In this document: positions 25,173 to 36,330 of the stretch, piece by piece
Layout: each line of letters begins with the position of its first letter
Position numbering within the stretch: the stretch's first letter is position 1
DNA from: Mobula hypostoma
Taxonomy: Eukaryota
Direction: 5' to 3'
DNA: 64,000 nt
Assembly (NCBI RefSeq): GCF_963921235.1
Contig: NC_086108.1
Coordinates: 26,972,001-27,036,000 of the forward strand
The notes under the pieces: model-generated
Database searches by the model: none
Told to the model about the DNA's origin: nothing
The model's input: only the letters and a program-made list of their open reading frames with translations
Made by a program: the position numbers and the translations under genes

Positions 25173-27544
25173 CATAAGAAATGGGAAACAACTTCCAAAT
25201 GGGCTTTTTGATGGAGACCAAATGATAGGAAGGGTAACAAGAAAACATTGCATTCCTGAAGCAAGAATTGCCTTAGGCTGGGATGTGGGTTGATAAGAGA
25301 AGGAACTGCCTTGTGATTGTCGTGAAGTTTACAATGTCAGTCTCCACTTCAGAAGGCAAAGCTGAGGAATTTTGGCATTAAGTCTTTGAAAAGGACAGAC
25401 AACTCCTGAAGAAAATGAACCAGCTGCAATATCAACTACCACAAAGTACAGAGTTGGAAAAATGTCAAAGGAGCATGATATGAAGTTTAAAATGCTTGAT
25501 TTTACATGGAAATCTTCCAAAGTTTCTTGTAAGTAGTAAGTTATCTTTTAGCTTGTGTTATGGTTATTATGTTGGGAATGTAAGGCTTTTTTGGTTTGCT
25601 CTCAGGATAAATATTGACCACTCAGAGAATTGCATGGCTTTCTAGGTATGTTATGAAAATATTTGTCACCACACAAATACGCAAATTATGCTTTCTATTT
25701 TAATCTAGAAAATATCTCACTCTCTCTGCCCTGCAGGGCCCTGGCTATATGCTCATGGGCTGAAGCGGGGCTTGAAAGGTGATCTCTTTCAGAAAAGGCA
25801 ATGAGCCCAGTCTCTAAGTGCATCATAAACAGATAACAGATGGGTTGACAGCTCAACGAGAAGTTAGAGATCTAGTTGCAAAACTTATGGATCAGTAGGA
25901 CTGGGCTATGCGTTGATGTCGGAAAAATAAAGAAGATGAATCCTATTCAGCCTATCATCAATACAGTGAAAGAAGCTGCAGTTAATGGTGAAAATCATTG
26001 GCACTTGTCTCTAGTACGCTCATCAGCAATCAAACTTCATCACAGCTTTGCACCTCACATGAACTGAACAACTAAATTCTAGACGTTAGAATAGTGACTA
26101 CCCGTGAGAGCAAGAGAAAACTCAATCACCAAGGATCTCATGTAAAACTTATCAATGAGTATCAGAGGACTAATGCTCCAGTGGTTTGATTCATATGCAA
26201 CACAAAGGAAGATCATTATGGTAACTACAAGTCCATCACCCAGACCTAGGGCAATAACCATCTTCGGATCTTTAATTGTCCCCAGATTATACTACTCACC
26301 GACACAGTAAGGACAATTTACTCTGGGTGATGAACTCTCGTGGTTGGGATGATGGAGGCAACCAGAGCATCCATGTAGTCATGGGAAGAACATCCGTAGA
26401 CAGCACTTATGGTCAGGATTGAACCTGAGACCCTGATGGTTGAGGCAACTGCTCTATAGTTGTGCCCCACTGTACAACAGCTGCTGCTTCTGTCTTGTTA
26501 GTTGGTAGAAATTATGGTTTGACAGGTGGTAGGTCTGAAAAGAGTAACACTGCTAAATATCAAAGGAAACTGGTTGAACTCCCTCTGTTAAAGTTTGTCA
26601 TTGCTTGGCAATTCAGCAATGCAAATGTTACTTGCTTATTATCAGCCCAAGCCTGAATACCCTGCAGATCTTGCTGCAGCTGGGTTTGTGCAGCTTTATC
26701 TGCAAATAGAACCGACCATCAGCAAATCTGTCAGCATCTCACCTTCTGTGAAGTTGATTGAGTGGGAAAATTGCAAGCACCAAGGGCTCTTCTGGGTAGA
26801 CATTTATTCTCCAAAGTAGTTCTTAGGTTGAGAACTATACAACGGAGCAGAATGAGTCTCATTAAAATTGAAAATAGTAAGCCCGATCTAGCAATGGATA
26901 GTTAAACCAGCTGGAATCTAAAATGTATTCAAGCCACTTGCTAATACATTGCTATTACCTAGAGGAAACATGCAGTGATAAAGCAAGCAAAACTATAGCT
27001 TAGCATAGAAAACATCTCAGTCTCACATTATTCTCTATCAAGCATTATAAAAGGGCTGAAAAATAAAAGAGAAAGAATGGTAGAACTCATGCTAAGAGAA
27101 ACCAGGTTAGCATTTCAGCCCAACAAGCTTTCATTCAAACAAATGAGACAAATAAGCAAAGAGGAACAAGGTGGACATTCCTGGAAGGGGCGGCATTGAA
27201 TTCAACTGTAATCAAAAAACAAATAAAAAATGACAAGGTTCTGTCAATCTGATCTACTTGATGCTTATCTCTCTCAGATATCCTCAACTGTAGCTGATCT
27301 TAGTGAGATCCAGTTTGCAGTTTCAGACTGATTTGTAAGTCAATTTCCTGAAATACAGGAATGTAAATTATAGATTAATGAAATGTTTTTGGAACCAAAA
27401 TCCCCTTTATCTTATCCCTCCATGCCTGGTGATGAAAGGCATTAATTTTAAATGTCTCGATGAATTTTAATTAACAACTAAACACTAAAGCTCTGCTTGC
27501 CAGCTTTAGCCTGTTGTCCAATCTCACCCCTTTCCCTATCCAGA

Positions 27545-27755
27545 CATCACTGGAAACGTCCTCCCCATGTTCACTATGTCCAGGTCATTCAAAATTCAAT
27601 AGGTTTCAATGAGATTCCCCCTCACTCTTCTAAACTCCAGAGAGTACAGGCCCAGAGCCATCAAACACTCCTCATATGTTAACCTTTTCATTCCAGGATC
27701 ATTCTTGTGAACATCTTCTGGGCCCCCTCCAATGCCAACACATCCCTTCTTAGAT
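27545..27755 (-). mobile_element. CR1 fragment
   Basis: Similar to the CR1 3' fragment at 59755-60205 (ccccctcactcttctaaactccag...cccagagccatcaaac). Confidence 0.6.
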
Positions 27756-28361
27756 ACCTGTCCTCTGAATATACTGAATAGCTACCAGAGTTTTATCAGA
27801 AAATCACTTATCTAAAATGTTGTCTTGTGAGCATTTTATGCAACCTAACTGGAAGATAGAGGACCTGTTTTCTCAATTTCACCAAGATCATTCAGATTCA
27901 GGTTTTTTTTTATCACATACACATGGAAATGTACAGTGAAATGTGTCATTTGCATTAACAACCAACACACCAAGGATGTGCTAGAGGCAACAGGCAAATG
28001 GTGCAACACATTCTGGCATTATTACAGGTGAAGAAAAAAGCTATCACTTTCTTTTAAATAGATCAATTCACAACTTTAAAACTTATCAAATGACTTTCCT
28101 TAGTCCGATGTCAGGAACGTATCAGCCTGATAGCACATGCTAAGACTCTGAAATGATGGCAATGATCAAAATCCAAGGGAGACCTATTATAGAAATAGTG
28201 AACTTCTCCAGCTTCCTGTGCATAACCTGGCATGATTTTACTTGAGTGGGCAGTCACAGTGTTGGATTAACATCACAGCTGAAGGACAGCATCATGGACA
28301 GTGCACCATTGAACGAGAGTGCCAATCAGTATTTTGTATCAAACTCTGAAGATTTTTTGAA

Positions 28362-28880
28362 AAGTTATTTATTGAGATGAAGCGCAGAGGAGGCCCTTCC
28401 GGCCCTTCGAGCTGCACCATCCAGCAAACTCCTGATTTAACCCTAGCCTAATCATGTGGCCAAGTGGTTAAGGCGTTCGTCTAGTGATCTGAAGGTTGCT
28501 AGTTCGAGCCTCAGCTGTGGCAGAGTGTTTGTGTCCTTGAGCAAGGCACTTAATCACACATTGCTCTAGTGTCTGTGTGAGGAGTGGCGTCCCACACAGA
28601 CTTCCAATCTGCACCTTGTAAGGCGTGAAAATGCCTGACGCCGGCCTCTCATGGTCTGAGTCGACGTTCCCTCCCCCTCCCCCTTAATCACGGAGCAATG
28701 TACAATGACCAATTAACCTAGCAAATGGTAGGTCTTTGGACTGTAGGAGGAAAGCAGGGCATTCTGAGGAAACCTACGTGGTCACAGGGACAACTTTGAA
28801 ACTCCTTACAGTCAGCAGTGGGATTTGAACCTGGGTTTCTGGCACCATAAAGCACAGTGCTAACCATTATGCTACCATGT
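28362..28880 (-). mobile_element. V-SINE-like element, host of a nested SINE
   Basis: Same family as 42858-43102 and 48894-49185; B-box ggttcaaatccc on minus. Confidence 0.7.
28457..28684 (+). mobile_element. tRNA-derived SINE with CORE-like segment
   Basis: tggccaagtggttaaggcg...agttcgagcc A/B boxes; gtgtccttgagcaaggcacttaa; TSD taatcaYg (28449-28456, 28685-28692). Confidence 0.8.
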
Positions 28881-29379
28881 TGTCCATGAGTACCACAATC
28901 CAATGGCTATAGCTAGGAGGTGTGAGTACGATCACTAATGTTCTTTTATTATAGTACATTAAAACAGAGCATATTTTTGCAAGGGCATGCCAACAGTTTC
29001 AAATGGAGATGTTGTCATTTCTCCATAGGTGCTCAGGAGTTTGGGATCTTTATATGTCTTTACATTAGCAATACCACAGACCTGCTGACACCTATTGGCA
29101 CCAATGAGTCAACTCCACTCATGTTTCCTTCTTAAGTGTGTTCCTAGTGAGCCATATGACTTGGCAGAATGTGGCCCATTGGAACTGTTACAGAGATTCT
29201 AACACAGGACCCAGAAATTCGGTGTCTAGGGCCTCAGACCATGCTCCTACTCCACAGGGACTTTGCAAAGTCTACTCTGAGCCCCGGCACATCCCTCCGC
29301 ACATGCTTCTGAACCTCAGAATGCACCAATTGACAGCATTCAGGGAGAGACTTCTCCTTATAATGGTTTAATTGGCACG

Positions 29380-29755
29380 CGTTGTGTATTGGGACTTTGT
29401 AGTTCACGTTATGATGTGTTTCTGCTTTCTATTGCTGCTTTTGTTTGTTGCTATTTTGTGTGGTTTTGATTGTAACGGCCTGCTAATGACACAACGGTAG
29501 ATTGAACTGAACTGAGCTAAACCAAATGTGCCTGGACTCTTGGTTTTTAATATTCTGTTCATATATTTTGCTCATTTTTTGCCGTTTGCGTGATTTGTTT
29601 TTTTCCTTGCACATTGGGGGAGGGTGGGTTTTAATGTTTTTCCTTTGAACAGGTTCCGTGGTTTTCTTTGTTTCATGGCTGTCTGTGGCAAGACAAATCT
29701 CAGGGTTGTATCCTGCATACATACTTGGATAATCAATGTACTTTGAATCTTTGAA
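29380..29755 (+). mobile_element. LINE 3' UTR fragment
   Basis: Ends actttgaatctttga; reverse-complement homolog of about 62143-62420. Confidence 0.55.
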
Positions 29756-30057
29756 GATTGGCAAGTTACAGCAACACCTTTCAATGTGTTGCTGATTTGT
29801 GCCTCAAGAGATGTGTATGGTAAAGGGCTTTCTCACTGAAACTGGTGTGGGGCTTTTCCACAGGGACATCTACTTGATAAAAGACCGGACAATGATCGGG
29901 TCAGTGCTAACCTTGACATTAACTGCAAACTCGGGTTGGCATTGTAACTAGGAGAGCACAGAGAAGACGTGAAGGTAACTATTAACAACCAGGGCAAAAA
30001 CTATGCTTGAAATTCTTATCAGTTTTCTAGCCTGAACATAAATCAGCACAAGATTAG

Positions 30058-30795
30058 AACAGAAAATGCTAGAAATACTCAGCTGGTCAGGTTGCTGTGG
30101 TGGGAAGAGAAACAGAGCTAACATTTCAAGTCAAAGACCCTTCATCAGAACTGAGCAGAAGACAAAATAAACTTGTAAAGCTGCAGGGATGGTAGTAGAC
30201 AGGTGCTGTCAACAGCTCCTACATTCTTTTGTCCATGTTCTCAATCTCCAACTGCTCCTATTCACTCATTGAACAGATAACCTTGTTTACATTTGATCCC
30301 CATGATCACCAAGACTTTACCCCATGAAAGACTTTAACTTCTTCCTGGAACCTAGGAAATTTCTTTTAGATGTACAGGATTATAAGAGGCATAGATAGGA
30401 GTAGATTGCCAGCGCCTTTTCCCCAAGGTGGCAATGGCTAATACCAGAGAGCATCCATTTCAGAATGGGGAGATGTCAGAGGTAGGTTGACTTTTAACCA
30501 GAGAGTAAAGCACTACCATGGGTAGTTTGTAGAGGTAGGTTATAAACGGACATTTTAAAGAGTCTTAGATAGAGGTTTATGGGCTGTGTAGAAAGGAAGG
30601 GATGGATTGATTGTGGAATAGATTTATATAGGTAGGCACAACATCATGGGCCAAAGTGCCTGTACTGTGCTCTATTGTTCCATGTTCTATATCCTCTCCT
30701 AGCCAGTTCTGATGAAGGGTCTTTGAGCTTAAAGCTTTAACTCTGTTTCTCTTCCCAAGATACACCCAGAGCTGCTGAGTATTTCCTGTATATCT
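30058..30795. mobile_element. Old inverted PLE-derived repeat with an internal CR1 fragment (about 30370-30690)
   Basis: Degenerate hammerhead motifs on minus (30117-30152) and plus (30705-30742), each followed outward by a PLE-like tail. Confidence 0.6.
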
Positions 30796-30796
30796 C

Positions 30797-31035
30797 AGAG
30801 TCATAGAGTCATAGAGAAGTACAGCACAGAAACGGGCTCTTTGGCCCACCTAGTCCATGCCAAAACCACTTACACTGCCTACTCCCATCAACCTGCACCA
30901 GAACCATAGCCCTTCATACCCCTAACATCCATGTATCTGTCCAAACTTCACTTAAACATTGAAATCGAACTCGCAGGCACCAGTTCTGCTGGCACCTCAT
31001 TCCACACTCTCACCATCCTCTGAGTGAGGAAGTTT
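30797..31035 (-). mobile_element. CR1 3' end
   Basis: (agagtcat)n tail; FLTQRMVRVWNEVP. Confidence 0.75.
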
Positions 31036-31611
31036 TTAATGTTTTTACCTTGCCAATAGTTTTGTTTTCCTTTACACTTGTGTACTGAAGAATGACAATA
31101 AACAATCTTGAATCTTTTATTTGATAAATCAGTGCAATACATGTTATTTCTTCCCAATACAAAAAAAATATTTCCTTTGGTAGATAGAAGAGTGATCATT
31201 TGATGTCGTTTTATTGACAAGTGAAAATGAAACTGTTTAAAAATGTATTTTTAATATCAATGTCTCACGACTTTTTGAGGATATTGCTAGAACTAGAACG
31301 CCTGAGTTACAGGGAGAGTCTGAGCAGGCGAGGTCTTTATTTCTTGGGAGGTATAATAACAAGCTGTGAACTTAAAGAAATGTTTAATGTTATGAGAGAT
31401 ATTGATAAAGAGAGGCAATCAAGGAGCTGATTATTGATTACAGGAGGAAGAAATCAGAGGTCCACAAGCCAGTCCTCATCAGGGGATCGGAGGTGGAAAG
31501 GGTCAGTAACTGTACATTCCTTGGCATCATCATTTCAGAGATCAGTCTTGGGACCAGCACACAAGTGCCACTACAAAGAAGACACAGTAATGTCTCTACT
31601 TTCTTCAAAGT

Positions 31612-32017
31612 TTGCACAGATTTAGCATGTCATAGAAAACTTTGATAGATACACGGTGGAGAGTATCCTGACTGGTGGCATGAAAGCACCAATGGCCAAA
31701 TGGAAAAAGACTACAAGAAGTAGTGGATATAGCACAGTCCATCACAGGAAAAGCCCTCCCCACCATTGAACACATCCACAAGAAGCAGTGCAATAGGAAA
31801 GAATCACCACTCATCAAGGACCTCCACCATCCAGGTCATGCCCTCTTCTTGCTGCTAAAATCCGAAAGGAGGTATAGAAGCCTTAGGTCCCGCACCACCA
31901 GGTTCAGGAACAGTTATTACCCTTTAACCATCAGGCACCTAAATCCACATGGATAACTTCACTCACCTCAACACTGAAAAGGATTCCACAACCTATGGAC
32001 TCACTTTCAAGGACTCC
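31612..32017 (+). mobile_element. Rex1/Babar-type LINE 3' fragment
   Basis: IKDLHHPGHALFLLL.S.RRYRSLRSRTTRFRNSYYP. Confidence 0.8.
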
Positions 32018-32111
32018 GTCCGCCAGAGAGAGCAGGATCTCTCAGTGGCCACACATTTTAATTCCACGTCCCATTCCCATTTGATATGTCTATCCATGGC
32101 CTCCTCTACTG

Positions 32112-33373
32112 TCAGAAACATAGAACAGAGAATAGTACAGCACATTACAGGCCCTTTGGCCCACAATGTTGTGCCGCCCTCAAACTCTGCCTCCCATATA
32201 ACCCCCCACCTTAAATTCCTCCATGTACCTGTCTAGTAGTCTCTTAAACTTCATGAGTGTATCTGCCTCCACCACTGGCTCAGGCAGTGCATTCCACGCA
32301 CCAACCACTCTCTGAGTAAAAAACCTTCCTCTAATATTCCCCTTATCTTAAAGCCATGTCCTCTTGTATTGAGCAGTGGTGCCCGGGGGAAGAGGCGCTG
32401 GCTATCCACTCTATTTATTCCTCTTATTATCTTGTACACCTCTATCATGTCTCCTCTCATCCTTCTCCTCTCCAAAGAGTAAAGCCCTAGCTCCCTTAAT
32501 CTCTGATCATAATGCATACTCTCTAAACCAGGCAGCATCCTGGTAAATCTCCTTTGTACCCTTCCCAATGCTTCCACATCCTTTCTATAGTGAGGCAACC
32601 AGAACTGGACACAGTACTCCAAGTGTGGCCTAACCAGAGTTTTATAGAGCTGCATCATTACATCGCGACTCTTAAACTCTATCCCTCGACTTATGAAAGC
32701 TAACTCCCCATAAGCTTTCTTAACTACCCTATCTACCTGTGAGGCAACTTTCAGGGATCTGTGGACATGTACCCCCAGATCCCTCTGCTTGTCCACACTA
32801 CCAAGTATCCTGCCATTTACTTTGTACTCTGCCTTGGAGTTTGTCCTTCCAAAATGTACCACCTCACACTTCTCCGGGTTGAACTCCATCTGCCACTTCT
32901 CAGCCCACTTCTTCATCCTATCAATGTCTCTCTGCAATCTTTGACAATCCTCTACACTATCTACAACACCACCAACCTTTGTGTCATCTGCAAACTTGCC
33001 AACCCACCCTTCTACCCCCACATCCAGGTCATTAATAAAAATCATGAAAAGTAGAGGTCCCAGAACAGACCCTTGTGGGACACCACTAGTCAGAATCTTC
33101 CAATCTGAACGTACTCCCTCCACCACGACCATCTGCCTTCTGCAGGCAAGCCAATTCTGAATCCAACTGGCCAAACTTCCCTGGATCCCATGCCTTCTGA
33201 CATTCTGAATAAGCCTACCATGTGGAACCTTGTCAAATGCCTTACTAAAATCCATATAGATCACATCCGCTGCACTATCCTCATCTATATGCCTGGTCAC
33301 CTCCTCAAAGAACTCTGTCAAGCTTGTTAGACATGATCTGCCCTTCACAAAGCCATGCTGACTGTCCCTGATC
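32112..33373 (-). mobile_element. 5'-truncated CR1 (HER1-like) LINE with a largely open RT
   Basis: SQHGFVKGRSCLT, YMDFSKAFDKVPH, GVPQGSVLGP, KFADDTK, LEYCVQFW in ORF 32251-33435; ttctatgtttct tail. Confidence 0.95.
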
Positions 33374-33763
33374 AAGATGAAGCCGCACTCAGGTTGGAGG
33401 AACAACACCTTATATTCCGTCTGGGTAGCCTCCAACCTGATGGCATGAACATTGACTTCTCTAACTTCCGTTAATGCCCCTCCTCCCGTTCTTACCTCAT
33501 CCCTTATTTATTTATATGTTATTTTTATTTTTTTTCCTTTTTTCTCTCTCTCTCTCTCTGTCCCTCTCACAATAGCTCCTTGCTTGCTCTCCATCTTCCT
33601 CTGGGCTCCCCTCCCCCTTTCTTTCTCCCTAGGCCTCCCATCCCATGATCCTCTCCCTTCTCCAGCCTTGTATCCCTTTTGCCAATCCACTTTCCAGCTC
33701 TTAGTTTTATCCCTCCCCCTCCCCCTCCCACTTTCAAATCTCTTACTATCTCTTCTTTCAGTT

Positions 33764-33799
33764 AGTCCTGACGAAGGGTCTCGGCCTGAAACATCGACT
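33764..33799 (+). ncRNA. Minimal type I hammerhead ribozyme motif, GUC mutated to AUC
   Basis: agtc-CTGACGA-agggtctcggcct-GAAA-c-atc-gact. Confidence 0.65.
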
Positions 33800-33861
33800 G
33801 TACTTCTTCCAATAGATGCTGCCTGGGCTGCTGCATTCACCAGCATTTTTTGTGACAATAT

Positions 33862-34105
33862 TTGTTCATTCGTTATGTGCCGTATCATTATGACATATAC
33901 GATCATAGTCTCTCCGTGACCATTATAATTCTTGGCAGATTTTTCTACCGAATAGCTTGCCATTGCATTATTCTGGGTGGTGTCTTTACAGGATGGGTGA
34001 CCCCAGCCATTATCAATATTCTTCAGAGATTGTCTGCATAGCATCAGTGGCCGCATAACCAGGACTTGTGATATGCACCAGCTTCTCTGCCGAGACAGAC
34101 CACCG
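33862..34105 (-). mobile_element. Probable SINE with an RTE-like tail
   Basis: gaatagcttgccattgcatt resembles the RTE/BovB-type tail motif gtggtttgccattgcctt. Confidence 0.35.
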
Positions 34106-35827
34106 CCAGCAATCATTAAAATGTGACTGGTCAACTGCAAATGAGTCCACCCGCGGCAGGATTTAAATCTACGTCCAAGTAATTGCATCTTAATATCTAC
34201 TGTCATTGTCACTTACCTGTGATATCTCCCCACTCTGAGAACCTGTATGGAATAGATGGAGTCTAAACCTTGCGACTAGAAATGAGGTTAGGATTACAGA
34301 AGAAGGCTTGAGCTGTTTTTCATTCATAAGAGCCAACAGACTTAATAAGCTGATACCCTGGAAAAATAGAAATGTCCGCAATTTGGAACCGTTGGCATTT
34401 GTTCAGTTTGTATACATAAAGCATTTAGTGCATATCACACCATTCTTACAGTAATTCCTGGGTAAAATAGCGGCCAATAGGAAAAAGGACTGGGCACTTT
34501 TGGAGACATGTCACCCTAGCACCCCTATTGCCTACCCAGAGGCTGATGAGTGGCACCATTTACTGTGTAGCAACCTTTACCTCATTTACCAAACAAGGTT
34601 GGCTTCAAAAGCACACCTGCGGAGAGAACTCACAGAAACAACAAGAAAGAAATCCCATCGGAGACTGGCAAGGAAACATGAATTTAAGGATCCCCACTAC
34701 TCAGTCTCTGAACCTGCCTGCCTCTGTTTTGAACTGCCCAGCAGATTTCCAACATTAATTGCACTATTTCACACAGCAGGGAGACACACCTGGTCTCTGT
34801 CAGATTTGCTGAGTTGTAGGGCTGTCTGAGTCCATATAAATAGGTTGTAAACAAATCCTAAAAGGGATGGTTCAGTTTAAAAGAAAATCTTCTGAGATGA
34901 GGATTCAGATAGATCAAATTGTTTTGAGAAGAACTGGTCCCATAAGAAAAGAACGGTGGCTTTGTTTTTTTTACATGAAACAGCAGATCATTAACTCGTT
35001 AGAGAAAAACTGGCAAGTCTGGGGAAACAATCATCCTCATTAGTCTAGAGCGGTAAGAAGGGAATTGCAAGTGAATATCAATCATTCCTCTGAGGAGGTT
35101 CATCAGCAAAAAGGAAAGGGATAAATTGGAGCTATATCACTTAGCTTTTGAGGCACAGTGGCGTATGCCACAGCTGAATTAAAAAAATCACAGGAGCAGG
35201 TAAATGAGTTGCAAACAAGAGAGCAAGCATAGGCACGTATGCAGTGCTAATCTGCATAGGTTCACTTCCTGAGTTCTAATTGCTCAGAAGGTCATGAAGT
35301 TCTCAAAATAAACAGGAGCAGATACAGGAACAAGTTACAATTGCAGGTAACATAGAGAACTAGTGAGCAGTGGTGGGTGTGTCTTTAAGAGAAAAGGTCT
35401 ATGCCAAGCTACCTCCTTGGTCCAAGATCAGAAGGTATACTTGGACTTTGAGATGGGGTTAGTGGATAGGTTATGCTTGTACCCCCATGGAGAATAGTAA
35501 CATTAAAACTTCAGGGGTCTTCAGAAAGTGAATGTGGAGAAAATGTTTCCTCTTTTGGGAGAACATAGATTTAGAGGTCACTGTTTAAAAGTAAGATGAG
35601 CAGAATTTTTTTGTTTGGTACAGGGACTATGTGAATCTTTGAAAATTTTCTTAAAAGGGAGGAGAATATAAAACTCCTGGATTGTTTTAAAGCAGAAGTA
35701 CAAAGTTTCTTGTTAAACATAGAGATGAAATGTTACTGGGCAATGTGCAGTTGAAGTTGCAGTCAGATCATGATCCTATTAAATGGCGGAGCAGAATTGG
35801 AGCTGGAGACTACAGTTCTTGTTCAGA

Positions 35828-36330
35828 CATGCAGATGCTGGAAACCCAAGCAACACACACAAGATGCTGGAGAAACTCAGTAGACCAGGCAGCATCCGTG
35901 GAAAAGAGTAAACAGTTGATATTTTGGGCTGAGACCCTTCATCAGGACTAGAAAGGAAGGGGGATAGAGTCAGACTAAGAACGTGTAGAGTGGAGGAAGA
36001 AGTACAAGGTGAAGGGTTCCTCTCTCCCTTTCTTTATTTCTTTTTGTTTTCTTCCATGGTCTTCTGTCCTCTCCTATCAGATTCCTTCTTCTCTAGCACT
36101 TTATCTCTTTCACCAATCAACTTCCCAGATCTTCACTCCACCCTCCTCCCAAGTTCACCTATCACCTGCCACTTTATACTTCTTCCTCTCCTCTCCCCAC
36201 CTCTTATTCTGAGTCCCTCCACCTTCCTTTCCAGTCCTGATGAAGGGTCTTGGTCCAAAACAGTAACTGTTTACTCTTTTTCATGGATGCTGCCTGGCCT
36301 ACTGAGTTTCTGCAGCATTTTGTGTGTGAT
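35828..36330. mobile_element. Older inverted PLE 3'-repeat pair
   Basis: Minus arm 35828 to about 36010 and plus arm about 36015-36330, each with a decayed ctgatgaagggtct hammerhead. Confidence 0.75.

Larger units (their letters stand above)
32018..33853 (+). mobile_element. PLE 3' fragment (GIY-YIG C-terminus and 3' repeat) split by a CR1
   Basis: VRQREQDLSVATHFNSTSHSH (32018-32111) resumes at about 33374 (DEAALRLEEQHLIFRLGSLQPDGMNIDF); hammerhead at 33764-33799. Confidence 0.9.

Noticed and set aside
28457..28530. tRNA gene-like sequence (also 56080-56153)
   Set aside because: It continues into a SINE body and is flanked by TSDs; no complete cloverleaf acceptor stem
33508..34212. 234-aa minus-strand ORF
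   Set aside because: It crosses unique DNA, a probable SINE and a purine-rich PLE repeat; a chance low-complexity read-through
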